Shown: positions 40,793 to 50,774 of the stretch, one piece after another
Layout: every line of letters starts with the position of its first letter
Numbering within the stretch: the first letter of the stretch is position 1
Sequence record: DRR723986_4629
DNA: 53,187 nt
Reading direction: 5' to 3' (one strand)
Notes under the pieces: generated by a model
The model's input: only the letters and a program-made list of their open reading frames with translations
Told to the model about the DNA's origin: nothing
Database searches by the model: none
Translations under genes and position numbers: made by a program

Positions 40793-41668
40793 TCAGAAGT
40801 GCGTGAGGTCTTGTTGATGCATTTCGAATGCAAACTCGACCTCGTTCACATGCTGCCAGGAACTTTGACCCTTGGCCTGTTTTCTCGACAGTTCGATCCG
40901 ATAGTCGTATCGATCAGGTCGGTAAAGACCTTTCAGTACCTGCACAGGCCTGCCATTTTCGTCGTAAGCCACCCGTGAAATGGCCAGTAACGGTGCACCC
41001 ACCGGCACGCCCAAGGCATACGCTACCGAGGCGTCAGCCAACCGTGCAGAAATTGTTTGGCGGGCTTTGGCCACCTTCACCCCTGCTTCTTCGAGCAGCA
41101 CCAAAATTGGAAACTCGCGAAGACGCCGGCGACAAATGCGCCCGGACAAATCCTGAGGAATAAAACTGGTCAGGTGCGCCACAGGCTGACCATCTAGTTG
41201 ACGGATTCGGATCAGTTTCTCAACGATGGCATCGCTGGGCAAATGCAACAGTGTCGCGATGTCGGGGGGCGGTAAAATACGCTTGGAAGTGATCAATTGG
41301 AGATCTGACGAATCGCCACTGGCCTGTAAGCGCATGGCTGAGGCACTTAGCAACTGACTTTGACCCACCGAAGAATTTCGAGACTCCGTGCGTGGCTTTA
41401 CAAATGTGCCTTTGCCTCGGCCCCGGGCAACCAACCCTTCTTTGACCAGGTCTTGCAGCGCACGACGCATGGTGACGCGTGACACATTGAACTGCTCAGC
41501 CAAGACCAACTCACCGGGCAAAGGCTTGGTGTCGTAGTGCCCTTCGATAATACGCTCGCGCAATATCAGATAGATTTGGTGGTAAAGGGGAACGACTTGA
41601 TTCGGATCTAATTTGCTGTCACCGAAGTTCGACTCTTCTGGAGATGCGGCGGGAAACTGGCTGTCCAT
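40793..41668 (-). CDS. GntR family regulator (HutC/UTRA subfamily)
   Basis: PLYHQI, LPGE..LAEQFNVSRVTMRRAL and GKGTFV HTH, plus a UTRA domain (YRPDRY). Confidence 0.9.
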   Translation of the reverse strand: MDSQFPAASPEESNFGDSKLDPNQVVPLYHQIYLILRERIIEGHYDTKPLPGELVLAEQFNVSRVTMRRALQDLVKEGLVARGRGKGTFVKPRTESRNSSVGQSQLLSASAMRLQASGDSSDLQLITSKRILPPPDIATLLHLPSDAIVEKLIRIRQLDGQPVAHLTSFIPQDLSGRICRRRLREFPILVLLEEAGVKVAKARQTISARLADASVAYALGVPVGAPLLAISRVAYDENGRPVQVLKGLYRPDRYDYRIELSRKQAKGQSSWQHVNEVEFAFEMHQQDLTHF

Positions 41669-41747
41669 TCGTACTGTCCAAATGCTACTGGGCTACGACA
41701 GGGATAATACAACACAATGCAACACAATTCATACTCGATGCGTGTTT

Positions 41748-41790
41748 GAAAGTAACAAGGGCCAGTGAAACAACGCTTCACTGGCCCTTG
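41748..41790 (-). terminator. Intrinsic terminator after tctA
   Basis: Perfect 14-bp stem CAAGGGCCAGTGAA / TTCACTGGCCCTTG followed by TTACTTTC on the minus strand. Confidence 0.75.
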
Positions 41791-41812
41791 ACACCAAGTA
41801 CCTATCTCAAGC

Positions 41813-43315
41813 TCATTCCTCGTGGAATGCCTCTTCCCGCTTCTTGCGAATGGAGGGCATAAACACCACGATCAGAGCGATGGCGGCGATGGCCAGCATG
41901 GTAGCACTGATCGGGCGGGTGACCAACACGGAGAAGTCGCCACGCGAGAGCAACAAAGCCCTGCGCAGGTACTCTTCCATCATCGGCCCCAAAATAAAGC
42001 CCAATAGCAAAGGCGCCGGCTCACACTTCAATTTAGAGAAGATGTAGCCCAATACACCGAAACCGGCCAACAAGTACACATCGAACAGCTTGTTGCCCAA
42101 ACTGAACACCCCGATACAGCAGAACACCAGAATCATGGGGTACAGGAAGTGATAAGGAACCGAAATCATTTTGACCCAGATACCGATCAAAGGCAGATTC
42201 AGAACCACGAGGAACAAATTACCGATCCACATGGAAACGATGATGCCCCAGAACAGCGCGGGCTGCTCGGTCATGACGGCTGGGCCGGGGGTAATACCCT
42301 GAATGATCATGGCACCAATCATCAAAGCCATGACTGGATTGGAGGGTATACCCAAGGTTAGCAAAGGAATAAATGACGTCTGCGCCCCGGCGTTGTTGGC
42401 TGACTCCGGACCCGCAACACCTTCGATTGCCCCCTTGCCAAACTGCTCGGGTGTTTTCGAGATTTTTTTCTCGATGGAATAAGAAGCAAACGAAGCCAGC
42501 ATGGCACCGCCGCCTGGCAAAATACCCAGGAGAGAACCCAAACCAGTACCACGAACAATTGGCCAAGCCATGCGCTTGAGATCGTCCTTGTTCGGCAACA
42601 AACCCTGAACCTTGGACACCATGGCAGAGCGCAGGTGTTCTTCTTCGAGGTTCTTGATGATTTCACCCAAACCAAACATGCCCATGGCCAGAATCACAAA
42701 GTTAACGCCCTCGGCCATGTAGGGTGTGTCGAAGGTGTAGCGCTCCATACCCGAATTCACATCGGTACCTGCCATGCCCATGAGCAAACCCAGCACAATC
42801 ATGCCAAATGCTTGCAACAAGGAACCGCTGGCCAGCACTACAGAGGCGACCAAACCTACCACCATCAACGAGAAGTACTCGGCAGCACCAAACTGCAAAG
42901 CGATGTCTGCCAAAGGTGGCGCAAACAAGGCCAGCAACACGGTTGCGAAAGTACCCGCCACGAAAGAGCCGATTGCAGCAGTGGCCAGAGCCTTGCCTGC
43001 TTTGCCTTGACGAGCCATTTGATAGCCGTCGAGTGCAGTGACCACCGAAGAGGATTCGCCAGGCAAGTTGACGAGAATGGCTGTGGTCGAACCGCCATAT
43101 TGCGCACCGTAATAAATACCGGACAACATGATCAGCGAGGACACGGGTGGCAAGCCAAAAGTGATTGGCAGCAGCATGGCTATGGTTGCTGTTGGACCGA
43201 GGCCCGGTAGCACACCAATTGCAGTGCCTAGAAAAACACCAATCAGACAGAACAAAAGGTTATTGATCGTGAAGGCGGTTTCAAGACCAATTGAAAGATT
43301 AGCTAGAAGTTCCAT
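41813..43315 (-). CDS. tctA: Tripartite tricarboxylate transporter large permease
   Basis: [23 protein letters not shown] and PLLTLGIP motifs. Start at the ATG at 43315. Confidence 0.93.
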   Translation of the reverse strand: MELLANLSIGLETAFTINNLLFCLIGVFLGTAIGVLPGLGPTATIAMLLPITFGLPPVSSLIMLSGIYYGAQYGGSTTAILVNLPGESSSVVTALDGYQMARQGKAGKALATAAIGSFVAGTFATVLLALFAPPLADIALQFGAAEYFSLMVVGLVASVVLASGSLLQAFGMIVLGLLMGMAGTDVNSGMERYTFDTPYMAEGVNFVILAMGMFGLGEIIKNLEEEHLRSAMVSKVQGLLPNKDDLKRMAWPIVRGTGLGSLLGILPGGGAMLASFASYSIEKKISKTPEQFGKGAIEGVAGPESANNAGAQTSFIPLLTLGIPSNPVMALMIGAMIIQGITPGPAVMTEQPALFWGIIVSMWIGNLFLVVLNLPLIGIWVKMISVPYHFLYPMILVFCCIGVFSLGNKLFDVYLLAGFGVLGYIFSKLKCEPAPLLLGFILGPMMEEYLRRALLLSRGDFSVLVTRPISATMLAIAAIALIVVFMPSIRKKREEAFHEE

Positions 43316-43317
43316 GT

Positions 43318-43770
43318 TTACATTCCAAACCAAGACCCAAAAATGGGCAGCGGAATACCCAAGCCCTTGACGAATACCAAGCTACAAAAAATAGCGGCGC
43401 CTAGAGCAATACCCAGGGTGAACTTCCAATTGAAAAATTTACTGGCCATTGCAGAAACACCGAACACTGCCATGACTGCAATTGCAAGACCAGCACCTTC
43501 CACCAACAGCGCAAAAACGATGATGGAAATGGTGACGTACAGGATTTTCGAGAAGGCAAAGCCTTTCAACGGTTCGCCTTCAACAATGAAGGAGCGAATC
43601 AGTGAGGCAGCACCGATCAAGATAAGCAAACCACTCAATACTTTGGGGAAATAGCCGGGGCCCATGCTGATGGCTGTGCCCATTTCATAGTCGGCAGCCA
43701 TATACAAAGCTGCCGTACCGATAATCAGGTACAGCAGCCCAGCCCAAAAGTCTCTTAAATCTTTTGGCAT
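43318..43770 (-). CDS. tctB: Tripartite tricarboxylate transporter small permease
   Basis: MGPGYFP motif, about 4-5 TM segments, between tctC and tctA. Confidence 0.88.
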   Translation of the reverse strand: MPKDLRDFWAGLLYLIIGTAALYMAADYEMGTAISMGPGYFPKVLSGLLILIGAASLIRSFIVEGEPLKGFAFSKILYVTISIIVFALLVEGAGLAIAVMAVFGVSAMASKFFNWKFTLGIALGAAIFCSLVFVKGLGIPLPIFGSWFGM

Positions 43771-43788
43771 TTTAAGTTCTCAGATAGA

Positions 43789-44766
43789 TCAGTCAGCGTA
43801 CTGACCGGCTTTGTCGATGATCGGCTTCCAGCGTGCAATTTCAGCATCCAGATGCTTGCGCAAGGCAGCGGGTGTGGCTTGGTCTTGAGGCACTGGCTCG
43901 GTGCCCAATTCAGCAAAACGAGAAATCACTGCGGGATCTTTCAAAGCGGTTTGCAAAGACTTGCTCAGGCGATCAATGATGGGTTTGGGTGTGCCTTTGG
44001 GGGCATACAAACCGTGCCACACGCCCACTTCAAAACCAGGCAAGCCAGCCTTGTCCAGGGTTGGCAGATCAGGCAAAGAAGCCACTGGTTTCTTGGTGGT
44101 CACGGCATAGGCCTTGATTTTTCCGCCTTTGATCTGGCTGGTGGTGTTGGTGGTTTGGTCACACATGAAGTCGACCTGCCCGCCCAACAAATCATTCATG
44201 GCTGGGCCGGTGCCTTTGTAAGGAACCGTCGTAAGGTCTACACCCACAGCGGTTTGGAACAACATGCCGCACAGGTGTGAAGCAGAACCAATGCCCGCGT
44301 TTGCGTAAGTCACTTTGTCTTTGTTGGCTTTGATGTAGGCCAGCAATTCCTGCATGTTTTTCGCAGGCATGTTGGCACGGGCCACAATCGTCATGGGCAC
44401 GTCTGTGACCAAGCCGATGGTTTCGAAGTCAGTGGAAGCGTTGTAAGACAGTTTGCGGTAGAGCGAAGGTGCAGTGGACTGGCCAATGTGGTGCAGGAAA
44501 ATATTGTAGCCATCGGGCGCGGAACGGGCGGCCTTGCCAGCCGCCAAGGTGCCACCTGCACCCCCCAGGTTTTCAACAATCACCTGTTGACCCAGGTCTT
44601 TGGACATGGACTGCGCAATCAAACGACCCACCGTGTCAGTTGGGCCACCGGCTGCAAATGGAATCAGCATGGTGATGACTTTGGATGGGTAAGCATCCTG
44701 GGCTTGCACGGTACCCATCAAGCCCAACAGGGCAACTGCCAATACGGATTTAATCGATTTCTTCAC
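43789..44766 (-). CDS. tctC: Tripartite tricarboxylate transporter substrate-binding protein (Bug/TctC)
   Basis: Signal peptide, PFAAGGPTD, VEN..GAGG and VPYKGTGPA motifs. Confidence 0.92.
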   Translation of the reverse strand: MKKSIKSVLAVALLGLMGTVQAQDAYPSKVITMLIPFAAGGPTDTVGRLIAQSMSKDLGQQVIVENLGGAGGTLAAGKAARSAPDGYNIFLHHIGQSTAPSLYRKLSYNASTDFETIGLVTDVPMTIVARANMPAKNMQELLAYIKANKDKVTYANAGIGSASHLCGMLFQTAVGVDLTTVPYKGTGPAMNDLLGGQVDFMCDQTTNTTSQIKGGKIKAYAVTTKKPVASLPDLPTLDKAGLPGFEVGVWHGLYAPKGTPKPIIDRLSKSLQTALKDPAVISRFAELGTEPVPQDQATPAALRKHLDAEIARWKPIIDKAGQYAD

Positions 44767-45137
44767 GGAACTCTCCTTGTGATTGGTATCAGAATGTCAA
44801 CTGCGAAAGCTGTTTTTCTTATTGAATTTCCACACATATCTGCGCAGGTGGATGGAGTATCAGCATGCCCGTGACGCGCAGCAATTGTGGTTTTCCATAT
44901 ACGCAGAAACCACAGCATGAGCCATTCAGGGAGAAGTTCAAATCAAAAAATGCAGCGCCACAAGCACCGAAAAAACAATAAAGTTCCAAAAGGGAATTAA
45001 AAACCCCCGTTCTGGGCAAATAAACAATCAATCTACAAAAAACTACTTAATAGATCGATATTAATTGACAAGGAGAATGCGCCAACTTCCCCGTCAAGAA
45101 AAACAGGGAACGGACCGACTTTCGCAGCAAGCGGTCT

Positions 45138-45425
45138 TTATTTTTTTGTTTGAGCGTTCAGCCAGTCGTTCAGGGCGGTTGCAACTACCTGATTAATGCC
45201 TTCATCAGTAGTCAACGCGTGATCACGCAGGCGACTGACCAAATCAGCAGGCAGACGGTAGTTCACCGGAACCAGTTTGCTGGCGGGAATATCAGCGGCA
45301 CGCTCGCGTTTGTTGTTTTGTGCTTTGGAGGCTTGGCCGAAACGGTCGGGAAGACTTTCAGATTTCAGCGAACCATCAAGTTTCTTGGCCATGTTTTTAG
45401 CCATATCGGTGGATTTGAGCGCCAT
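45138..45425 (-). CDS. Small hypothetical protein with a C-terminal ribbon-helix-helix-like domain
   Basis: VNYRLPADLVSRLRDHA...INQVVATALNDWL fits an RHH pattern. Start taken at the ATG at 45425. Confidence 0.62.
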   Translation of the reverse strand: MALKSTDMAKNMAKKLDGSLKSESLPDRFGQASKAQNNKRERAADIPASKLVPVNYRLPADLVSRLRDHALTTDEGINQVVATALNDWLNAQTKK

Positions 45426-45491
45426 GAGGTTCCAGGGGAAAAGAGAAAGATCGGGAACGAAGTATAGCGCCAAACCACCGCACTCAAACAC

Positions 45492-45758
45492 TTACTTCTG
45501 GAACGAATGGACAAACCCTGGAGACCTCAGAGAATCGGCGGAGGGTACGTCACTTTTTTCATAATCGGCAACCAATTCGGCAGCTTGATCAAAGTGCTCA
45601 GGCGCTACTAAAACATTGGCAAAACCGGTGGGGGAAAGGTCCCCGACTGCACCCTGAAGAAAATGACCACCCACGTAAGCGGGTATTTCGCAGGCGTTCA
45701 GCATGCCGGCAACAATATGCGCCTCGATGAGATTGCCCGCTTTGTACACAATTTCCAT
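45492..45758 (-). CDS. DUF2007-like small protein
   Basis: VY.A.N.IEAHIV.G.L...I, G..LQGAVG.L.P and V.V..E..DQA pattern. Confidence 0.72.
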   Translation of the reverse strand: MEIVYKAGNLIEAHIVAGMLNACEIPAYVGGHFLQGAVGDLSPTGFANVLVAPEHFDQAAELVADYEKSDVPSADSLRSPGFVHSFQK

Positions 45759-45823
45759 GTCGCCCCCTTGTTTCTCAAGACTAGCCCAATCAAGGGGGCA
45801 GGTAAACAGACCGTGGCAGGAGA

Positions 45824-47389
45824 TTATCTTGCACTTACCCGAAGCACCTTGCCATCCGAGCTGTCGGTCAACAGGTAAATTGCGCCATCGGGACCGGTGC
45901 GAATGTCACGAAAACGCGCACCGACCTCTTTGAACAACACTTCCTCCTCGGTCGCCTTGTTGCCTTTTAACACAACCCTGCTGACCTGCTGAGCCTTGAG
46001 TGCCCCCACCAGCAAATTGCCTTTCCACTGGGGAAACATGTCACCGTTGTACACGGTGATTCCGGAGGGCGCGATGGAAGGCACCCAGTAAATCGCAGGT
46101 TGCTGGGTACCTTCATATTCTTTGTAGGGAGAAATTTGGGCACCCGTGTAGTCGATACCGTAGGTGGCTTTTGGCCAACCGTAATTGGTGCCTGGGGTGA
46201 TGACATTCACTTCGTCGCCACCACGCGGGCCATGTTCATGAGCGATCAAGCGCTTGTTGACTGCATCATAAGCCAGCCCCTGAACGTTGCGATGACCATA
46301 GCTGTAAATTTCAGGTTTGGCGCCCTGTTTGCCCACAAAGGGATTGTCCTTGGGCACCGAACCATCGACATTGAGCCGAACAATTTTCCCGAGATGATTC
46401 GAAAGGTTCTGCGCCTCTTCGCGGTAGCTGTAACCGTCGCCAAGCGTCACGATCAAAGTGTTATCGGGCATCCATGCCATTCGCCCGCCGTAGTGCGCAC
46501 TGCCTGACTTGGCCATTTGCGAACGGAAAATTTCTTTGACATTCGCAAGGCTGTTTTCGCCAAGCTTGGCGCTGGCGACACACAGATGGTTTGCACTGCG
46601 CGTGCCGCAGGCATAGCTGATGAAGATTTGCTGACTCTGCGCGAAATCGTACGAGGGCAGGACGTCAAACAAACCTGCCTGACCGCCATAAAATACTTTC
46701 GGGACACCGGCGATTGGGGCGTTCACCAATTTGCCATCGGCAGCCACCAGCCGAAGCTGGCCGGGTTTCTCGGTGATCAAAGCGCGGCCATCTGGCAGAA
46801 AAGCCATGGACCAGGGACTGTCCAAACCATCGGCAAAAGTTTCAATGGTGTACGGTTTGGCAGATTGGGCCCGGGCTTGGTCAGGCGACAGCGCAATACC
46901 CGCAATCAACAAGGCAACAAGTGCTGGACTGGCCGACAGTTTGCGGGTCGACAGTTTGGCGAACAAGGCGCCCGAAACTGCAGCAGCCGCGAGCATGGAA
47001 AACATGCCGCCAGCGGTGCGGGTGGATGAAATCAGTATTGGCATTGGTGCAATCATATCAACCACTTTGAAAGTTACCCACAGGCCCAAAACAGCACCGA
47101 AAACACACCAAAAGGTGCGCAACGCAGTGCCGGTGAAACGCGTAAACAGCAATGCGACGGCCTGGGATACCGCAAAACTGCACCCGAAAATGACCGCATA
47201 GACTGGCGAGAAGTTCCCGAGATCGTGAAGGGTGGTGTGAAATCGAGTGTCCAGCGGTATCAATACACCCAGACTTTGCAGGGCCTGCAAATTCACCTGT
47301 GACTGCACCAGGGTGCCCAGTAAGGAGCCCACCAACCAGACCAAAAGCCAAACCAGAACAATCGAAAACCTTTTGTTTGTATGATTCAT
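45824..47389 (-). CDS. PQQ-dependent aldose sugar dehydrogenase (YliI/GSDH) with an N-terminal multi-TM extension
   Basis: PWSMAFLPDG, GQAGLFDV, HYGGR, YGHRNVQG, EHGPRGGDE and NYGWP motifs. The first ~170 aa are hydrophobic. Confidence 0.85.
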   Translation of the reverse strand: MNHTNKRFSIVLVWLLVWLVGSLLGTLVQSQVNLQALQSLGVLIPLDTRFHTTLHDLGNFSPVYAVIFGCSFAVSQAVALLFTRFTGTALRTFWCVFGAVLGLWVTFKVVDMIAPMPILISSTRTAGGMFSMLAAAAVSGALFAKLSTRKLSASPALVALLIAGIALSPDQARAQSAKPYTIETFADGLDSPWSMAFLPDGRALITEKPGQLRLVAADGKLVNAPIAGVPKVFYGGQAGLFDVLPSYDFAQSQQIFISYACGTRSANHLCVASAKLGENSLANVKEIFRSQMAKSGSAHYGGRMAWMPDNTLIVTLGDGYSYREEAQNLSNHLGKIVRLNVDGSVPKDNPFVGKQGAKPEIYSYGHRNVQGLAYDAVNKRLIAHEHGPRGGDEVNVITPGTNYGWPKATYGIDYTGAQISPYKEYEGTQQPAIYWVPSIAPSGITVYNGDMFPQWKGNLLVGALKAQQVSRVVLKGNKATEEEVLFKEVGARFRDIRTGPDGAIYLLTDSSDGKVLRVSAR

Positions 47390-47454
47390 GAAATGTGTCC
47401 AAGATGGCTGGCGGCTGCCAGGCCTGATTGGTTTAAAACAATGACTCAGTGGAT

Positions 47455-47799
47455 TTAATCGGGTTGCCGTCCATATGAAATGGATTGGACCACACCCCCG
47501 CGAAAGCGCACGGTAGCGATCAAATTACCTTGCCCTCTGTCATACACCCACACCTCCACCGGCAGACACGGCGCCACCGATTGGGCAAAAGGAGAGGGAA
47601 CCGGGTGCAGAGTACCCGGAAAATACACTGGATCACAAAAAGTATCTTTGAGAGCCGGCTGTCCACATTTGTACAACACCGATACCCTGCTGTCGCCCTC
47701 ATAAGCACTGCCCTGGGAACACCGCAAGGATTCTGCTTTTGCCGGCGAAATCAGCCATAACAGGGCAAAAAATCCAAATGTGAGCAATGCATGTTTCAT
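47455..47799 (-). CDS. Secreted DUF2845-like protein
   Basis: Signal peptide, SLRC, GDS...V..KCG.P and E.W.YD.G...F..G.V..I pattern. Confidence 0.7.
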   Translation of the reverse strand: MKHALLTFGFFALLWLISPAKAESLRCSQGSAYEGDSRVSVLYKCGQPALKDTFCDPVYFPGTLHPVPSPFAQSVAPCLPVEVWVYDRGQGNLIATVRFRGGVVQSISYGRQPD

Positions 47800-47878
47800 G
47801 ATTCAACCGTCTCCTTCGAGATTTCGACAGCCTCGAAAAAACGAAAGTTCAGTCAATAGCGGGATCAGCCACAAAGAC

Positions 47879-48679
47879 TTAACCGTACACTGCCACCACT
47901 TGATAACCCAAAGAGGCCAACTCGCCTTTCGGAGTCCACAACTTGGCACTCTGATTGACGTAACCGTCAGAACCGGCCTTGGTTTCCATGTCGATCTGGA
48001 ACCAGCCTTCACTGTCGATGTCTGCAGGAATGGGTGGCAATTCAAGCGACCAACTGACAGAACTGGCCATGACCGGGCCTTTGAAGTGGCTAAGACACGG
48101 CGTGGGCGGGCCATCACTGAGCATCACAATCAACACCTCGGGGCTCAGGTTTTTGTCTGTGGCACGAATGTAAATACCGCTTTCCCAAAACGGGTTGCCC
48201 ATGTAGGGAATGCTGCCTAGTGCCCAACGCATTTCAACATGCTGCAAAAAGTTGGGTGTAATTTTCGGAATAAAAGGCAACGGCGCGATCTCGTCCACTG
48301 GCTTGGGCAGCGGTTTGTGCTGCGGACTAAGCACTGGCAAGGCAGTTTCGCGCGGTGCCCCGAATACGCCAACCACCAAACCTGCCAGCGTTTCGTCACT
48401 GTAAATTTCGCATTGCACCTGACTGACACTTTTGCCCTGCCGGAGCAAACGCGTGCGGTACACCACATCGCCGGCGGGCACTGGGCCCACAAAATTGGTT
48501 TGTAGTGCACGCAACGGCATGTCAATACCTAAGGTGTCGCGCATGGCGACCACAGCAAGCGCAGATAGAAAACCACCGAACATGGTGCGGCCCTGCATCC
48601 AGTCCTCTGTGGCGGTGAATGTGACGGTGTCACCACTCAATCGGCGGCTGGATAAAATTTCTGAAAGTGCAACGGTCAT
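47879..48679 (-). CDS. TesB-like thioesterase family protein (double hot-dog)
   Basis: WMQGRTMFGG, RQGKSV and SSVSW motifs. Lies within the fatty-acid degradation cluster. Confidence 0.8.
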   Translation of the reverse strand: MTVALSEILSSRRLSGDTVTFTATEDWMQGRTMFGGFLSALAVVAMRDTLGIDMPLRALQTNFVGPVPAGDVVYRTRLLRQGKSVSQVQCEIYSDETLAGLVVGVFGAPRETALPVLSPQHKPLPKPVDEIAPLPFIPKITPNFLQHVEMRWALGSIPYMGNPFWESGIYIRATDKNLSPEVLIVMLSDGPPTPCLSHFKGPVMASSVSWSLELPPIPADIDSEGWFQIDMETKAGSDGYVNQSAKLWTPKGELASLGYQVVAVYG

Positions 48680-48703
48680 GCTGAGCCTTTGGTTCTTGTT
48701 GGA

Positions 48704-49471
48704 TTAGTTCTCGAACTGCTTGAAATTGGGAGCGCGTTTTTCGCCAAATGCCTTAAATGCCTCTTGCGCCGGGGCTTGCGGAATCATACTCATGAACAGG
48801 TGGCCTTCTTCGGCCATTTTTTCGGCCACTGCATTTTTGTTGACTGACTTCATCAAGCGCTTGGTGGTCAACAGGCTTGTGAGCGGCAAGTCGAGCAGTT
48901 TTTTAACCTGCGCCTGCACATGGGCATCCAGCGCTTCAGGTTCAAGCACATCGGAAACAATGCCGGTGTCGTAGGCTTTTAGGGCGGTGAAAATATCGCC
49001 CAGCAATAACAGTTCAGCCGCCTTCTGGTAACCCGCAGAGATGGGCAGCAACAGGCTGGACGCCGCTTCCGGGCAAAGACCCAGTTTTACGAAAGGCATG
49101 GAAAATTTTGCGGTGCTTGCGGCGTAAACCAAATCACAGTGCAATAAAACAGTGGTTCCGATGCCAATGGCCAGACCTTGGACTTGCGCAACCACTGGCT
49201 TGGGGAACACGGAGATCATCCGAAGAAATCGAAACACAGGCGCATCGAGATCGGTGGGCGGATTGTTCAGAAAATCGCCAAGGTCGTTACCGGCAGAAAA
49301 ACAGCCTTCATGGCCTTTGAGCAACACCACTTTCACGCCACTGCTGTGCGTTGCATCGCGAAAGGCGTCCGCCAGCGCAGTGTACATGGCGTTGGTGAAT
49401 GAGTTTTTGCGTTCTGGCCGGTTGATGGTGATAGTCATCAAGCCGTTGTTGATTTCTGTTTGAATGTCCAC
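48704..49471 (-). CDS. Enoyl-CoA hydratase/isomerase
   Basis: INRPERKN, FSAGNDL, AIGIG and PF..LGLCPEAASS motifs. Start moved to the GTG at 49471. Confidence 0.9.
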   Translation of the reverse strand: MDIQTEINNGLMTITINRPERKNSFTNAMYTALADAFRDATHSSGVKVVLLKGHEGCFSAGNDLGDFLNNPPTDLDAPVFRFLRMISVFPKPVVAQVQGLAIGIGTTVLLHCDLVYAASTAKFSMPFVKLGLCPEAASSLLLPISAGYQKAAELLLLGDIFTALKAYDTGIVSDVLEPEALDAHVQAQVKKLLDLPLTSLLTTKRLMKSVNKNAVAEKMAEEGHLFMSMIPQAPAQEAFKAFGEKRAPNFKQFEN

Positions 49472-49507
49472 TGCCGTATTCCCTGTCTTTTTTTGTTGTA
49501 AAAACTC

Positions 49508-49543
49508 AAAAAAAACGGGTGAAGGTTTGCACCCACACCCGCT
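49508..49543 (-). terminator. Intrinsic terminator after the thiolase gene
   Basis: Minus strand GCGGGTG...CACCCG followed by T8. Confidence 0.8.
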
Positions 49544-49559
49544 TTGATTCGCGCAGAAA

Positions 49560-50759
49560 TTACACGCGTTCGAAGATGCCTGCTGCACCCATGCCGGTAC
49601 CGATACACATGGTCACCATACCGTATTTCAGGTTGTGCCGGCGCAGTGCATGCACTACAGTAGCTGCGCGAATTGCACCGGTTGCACCCAGTGGGTGGCC
49701 CAAGGCGATTGCGCCGCCCATGGGGTTCACCTTGGTCGGGTCCAGTTCCAGGTCTTTCATGACGGCCAGAGACTGTGCCGCAAACGCCTCGTTCAATTCA
49801 AACCAGTCGATGTCGCTGGCTTTCAGGCCAGCTGTTTTCAACACGGCAGGAATTGCTTCCTTGGGGCCAATACCCATGATTTCGGGAGGCACGCCACGCA
49901 CGGCAAAACCGCGCCACTTGGCCAGGGGGGTGAGGTTATAGCGCTTCACGGCTTCTTCAGAGGCCAGAATAAGCGCACCTGCACCGTCACTCATTTGCGA
50001 GCTGTTACCAGCGGTCACTGATCCCTTCGCAGCGAATACGGGCTTGAGTTTGGTCAGGCCCTCAATCGAAGAGTCGGCACGGGGGCCTTCATCCAGCTTT
50101 ACTTCCTTGGTGCTGGTTTTGATTTCGCCAGTGGACAAATCGGGCGTGGCTTTGACCACTGTGAACGGCGTGATTTCATCGTTAAACTCGCCAGCCTGTT
50201 GGGCAGCGATTGCCTTTTTATGGCTGTTCAAAGCGAACTCGTCCTGTGCATCGCGGCTAATACCCCATTGTTGGGCAACCTTCTCTGCGGTCATGCCCAT
50301 ACCGTAGGCAATGCCCAGGTTCTCGTCTTTCTGGAAAATTGCGTTGTTAAAGCTGGGCTTGTTGCCACTCATCGGTACCATGCTCATGCTTTCGGCACCG
50401 GCTGCGATCATGACCTCGGCTTCGCCCATGGCAATGGCGTTGGCTGCCATTGAAACTGCCGTAATGCCTGATGCACAAAAGCGGTTGATGGTGACGCCGC
50501 CGACGGTGTTGGGCAGGCCTGCCAGCAACACAGCGATACGGGCCATGTTCATGCCCTGCTCGCCTTCGGGGAATGCACAACCCACGATCGCATCGTTGAT
50601 TGAAGCTGGGTCGAGCGTTGGCACTTGGGCCATGGCGCTGGCAATGGCATGCACCAGCAGGTCGTCGGGGCGGGTGTCTTTAAACACGCCACGGGGCGCC
50701 TTGCCGATTGGGGTGCGCGTTGCTGCGACGATGTAAACATCTTTACAAGTTTGAGCCAT
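49560..50759 (-). CDS. fadA: Acetyl-CoA C-acyltransferase (3-ketoacyl-CoA thiolase)
   Basis: NRFCASG, NEAFA, GHPLGATG and CIGTGMG motifs. Confidence 0.93.
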   Translation of the reverse strand: MAQTCKDVYIVAATRTPIGKAPRGVFKDTRPDDLLVHAIASAMAQVPTLDPASINDAIVGCAFPEGEQGMNMARIAVLLAGLPNTVGGVTINRFCASGITAVSMAANAIAMGEAEVMIAAGAESMSMVPMSGNKPSFNNAIFQKDENLGIAYGMGMTAEKVAQQWGISRDAQDEFALNSHKKAIAAQQAGEFNDEITPFTVVKATPDLSTGEIKTSTKEVKLDEGPRADSSIEGLTKLKPVFAAKGSVTAGNSSQMSDGAGALILASEEAVKRYNLTPLAKWRGFAVRGVPPEIMGIGPKEAIPAVLKTAGLKASDIDWFELNEAFAAQSLAVMKDLELDPTKVNPMGGAIALGHPLGATGAIRAATVVHALRRHNLKYGMVTMCIGTGMGAAGIFERV

Positions 50760-50774
50760 GTTTGCTCTCCTTAA

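Noticed and set aside
45077..45153. Small plus-strand ORF after TTGACA and AGGAG
   Set aside because: The SD is only 1 nt from the ATG, there is no matching -10, and the ORF runs antisense into the RHH gene.
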